Source: Chromera velia
Taxonomy: Eukaryota
Assembly (NCBI GenBank): GCA_018398765.1
Contig: JAHBMJ010000368.1
Location: forward strand, 1 to 51,436
Reading direction: 5' to 3'
DNA: 51,436 nt
The notes below the pieces were generated by a model. That model saw only the letters and a list, made by a program, of their open reading frames with translations, did no database searches and had not been told where the DNA came from. Each line of letters starts with the position of its first letter. The stretch's first letter is position 1. Shown here one piece after another: positions 48,716-51,436 of this stretch. A program made the translations under genes and the position numbers.

Positions 48716-50704
48716 GCATACAGCGCAGTCGGATCTCTTTTTTTATAGGGACGTCTTCCATTCTCTCTCTCTTCACTGATTCAGAATGTGTCCATCCGCT
48801 TCCTTTTTGTATGCCTTCACTCGTCTTGTTCTTCCTCTCGTCTTCCTGCTCTCTGCTGCAGGTCTACGATGGGCAGGGGGAAAGGTTAGTTTGTGGGGTT
48901 TGTCTCTGCCTTTCTGGCTGGCCTTCTTTTGCACTGGCTGCATGAGCTCTCCGCCCTTTGCGTGCGGAGTCGTTAGACAAAGCTGTCCCCTCGGTATATG
49001 GACTTGGGTCCGTCTTTTTCCATCTCTATGTTGACCTTCCACGAGCAATGCGCACGGTTTTCTGCCATGTTCCTCTTCTCTTCACGTCAGGTTTCTGCAG
49101 CATCGAGGGAGGGGGGAGTGGGAGTTCGCATCGATGAAGGACAATGACACGGATGCGTATGAATGTTCGTGCATGCGTGCATGCGACCATATCTGCTTTC
49201 ACGCGTTCGTCCCATTACATTTTACCTTTGTGTGTCTCGATCGATTCTTCAAGCACTCCGGTAACGTTCCTCACTTCCTTTTTTTCTCTCGACTCCTCCC
49301 TGATTCCACATCTTTGCAGGGACCTGACAAATCAGCATCAGACAGTGGGTTCCTCTTCGCCTTCGTCTTCGTCTTCGAGTGGGCAGACGTGGAGGCAGGA
49401 GGGGGCGAAGAGACTGAGGGTTGGGGAGGGAGCGGAACCGCACGAATGATCTTGTTGAGTCAATCCAACACTCGATTCTCTACGCGAAAGGGCATGAGCA
49501 TGCAGGGGGCGGAAAGGGGAGGGGGGGGTGAGGGGAATAGATCGATCGTGAATGAAAGGTCAAAAGCTACAGGAAGGGAAAATCCCAAGTTCACTTCAAT
49601 CCCAGCAAACAGGTAGGCAGGGAGGGAGGGAGGGAGGGAGAGAGGAGCAAAATCCGTGTAAGAAAAAACGGAAAGAAGATGCTGTCTGGACGAGGTCACA
49701 AAATAGACCAAAAAACGATCCGGATGGACGATTTGACTCGTTTTCTTTCGCTTTCTCTTTCTCCTCTGCACGCGGCTGCAGATCGCTTCGGCGTGTCTGC
49801 GCCATGCAAATTCAAATAAATAAATGAATGACGTTGCATTTGATCAAAAAGGAGAGGCATTCGTTCAGACTCAGTCCGAAGAGCGAGCGGGTGATCTGTC
49901 TTCCTTCAGTGCTCCCTGCTTGTCTTCGCTTCTGGTAACAGAGCCGGAAGGAAGGAGACAAGATCTTCAAAGAAAAGTTTCTGTGCCCCGTCTCTCCCTA
50001 ACCCAGGCGTAGAGGAATTTAAACACTTGGAGCTGAATCCGGCTGTGTTCTTTGAGGCTACCCGCAACCTCTGCGTCTGTCTGGGGATGTTTTCCCATAC
50101 AATGCCCTCAGTCCCTCTACCTATAAGACATAGAGTGGGTCGGGGAGAGAAGACTGAGCCTGGAAGGAACTGGAAAGAAGGAGACTCTGAGAGAGAAAAA
50201 ATGGAATGTCTGTTCGTCGAGATGACAGTGGAGGGAGCTGCATGCATGAAGGAGGGGATCAGTCGGACAACGAAAGGAAGTGAAGCACAACTTTTATTCA
50301 GAAAGAAGAATACAAAATGGGAAGGCCCAGAGACGGAAAACAAACGAGACCGCTGGACAGTGGACGGATTGATGGATGGTGTACCTCTTGGAAACTCCTT
50401 TCTTTCGACGTTCTTCGATCGTCCTCTCTCTCATCTTCTTTCCTGCGCAGCTGCTCTTACAGCATTTCCCCTCCTCGAAGTCCCTCTTTGTTTTCATTCC
50501 CCTCTAGCTCTTTCTCTCCTCTTATTCCCTTAGGCTACCACGCAGACCGACTGTTGGTCTCATTTTTCTTCTTCTTTGTTGCTGGGACAGTCTCTCTCCC
50601 CCTCCGTCCTTCACCATCCCCTGAGAGGCAGCTAAGCTAGATGAGCTTTCTCGGTAGCTGACAGTCCAGCAGCCGTGCAGCCACGCAATCGTTCGAAAGG
50701 AACT

Positions 50705-50752
<48 letters not shown>

Positions 50753-50759
50753 TTCTCTC

Positions 50760-50807
<48 letters not shown>

Positions 50808-51436
50808 CACGGGGGCTTTGTAACATAGAGAAGGGTGCATGCGTGGGTCAGAGAGACAGGTCACATTGAGACAGATATCTGTCTGCAAGTCATTTGGCTC
50901 CCATTCGGCGTGACCAGGTTGAGGCGACCCACGGAAAAGTGAGGGGGCTCAAGTCGACGTTTCCATCTTTTTCGATTTTCTCCTTCGTTCATCCATCCAT
51001 CTATCTCGAGGTTTGATGTATGCATCTACGTTTCTGAATGAAACATGCCTGCCCGGCGGCCGTTCGCTGTAGTAGAATTTAGGTTTTTTTAAAAAAAAGG
51101 TTTTTTTATAATCCGATGTGTGACTCCTTTAGTATCGCTACACACTTTTCTAACATTTAATTCCAACATTTATGAAAAACTCTGTGTACTAAGGGTAAAT
51201 CATTCTAGTATCGACCTCAACCACCTAATAATGAGCTCTCTATATCTTCCTGCGACCTTGCCTTATCTGTGAGGAGCGGCTGATCGTCACTCCGTCTATC
51301 CGAGTGCTGCCTAAGGGTTAATGTACGTCAATGTTATAAAAAATACTATAGTAGAAAATAAGGTGGGTATACCCACCTATACCGACTCATGAGTCGGTTT
51401 GGAGTCTTTCCCGTCTGGGGCAGAGGCTTTGGATCG

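Noticed and set aside
48860..50900. Possible exons right of the inverted duplication (e.g. 48862-48884, ORFs 49906..50343 and 50027..50533)
   Set aside because: Splice-like signals exist, but no coherent protein or strand could be supported.
1..51436. Alternative nuclear genetic code (TAA/TAG read as Gln) to explain in-frame stops
   Set aside because: Intact genes contain no internal TAA/TAG, and two of them end at TAG at the expected C-terminus. The stops are confined to repeats and decayed sequence.
1..51436. tRNA, rRNA or prokaryotic operon/defence systems
   Set aside because: No cloverleaf, rRNA-like segment or operon-like organisation was recognised.

Overview
Eukaryotic nuclear DNA with intron-rich genes, microsatellite-filled GT-AG introns, plastid-type presequences and a cilium gene. 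A chromerid alveolate such as Chromera velia is the best guess (inference). Most entries in the ORF track are spurious, so I rebuilt genes by hand from splice sites. Left to right: (1) 1-5746, two decayed minus-strand copies of one LTR retrotransposon, separated by an N. A Ty3/Gypsy-type integrase follows Gag and protease directly, with no RT in between. (2) A 14-exon COP9 signalosome subunit 4 gene, head-to-head with a 12-exon peptidase S58 (DmpA/NylC-like) gene. (3) CFAP45. (4) A divergent pair of probably plastid-targeted genes: one uncharacterised, one CCB2/CCB4-like. (5) A partly decayed RRM gene. (6) An 8-exon RI-type LRR gene. (7) A ~3.7 kb inverted duplication enclosing two divergent RING-finger sequences. 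The most striking cross-cutting signal is a strong C:G>T:A transition bias at CpA/TpG and CpG in duplicated DNA, together with TpA-rich intergenic islands. This resembles fungal RIP or methylation-driven repeat mutagenesis.
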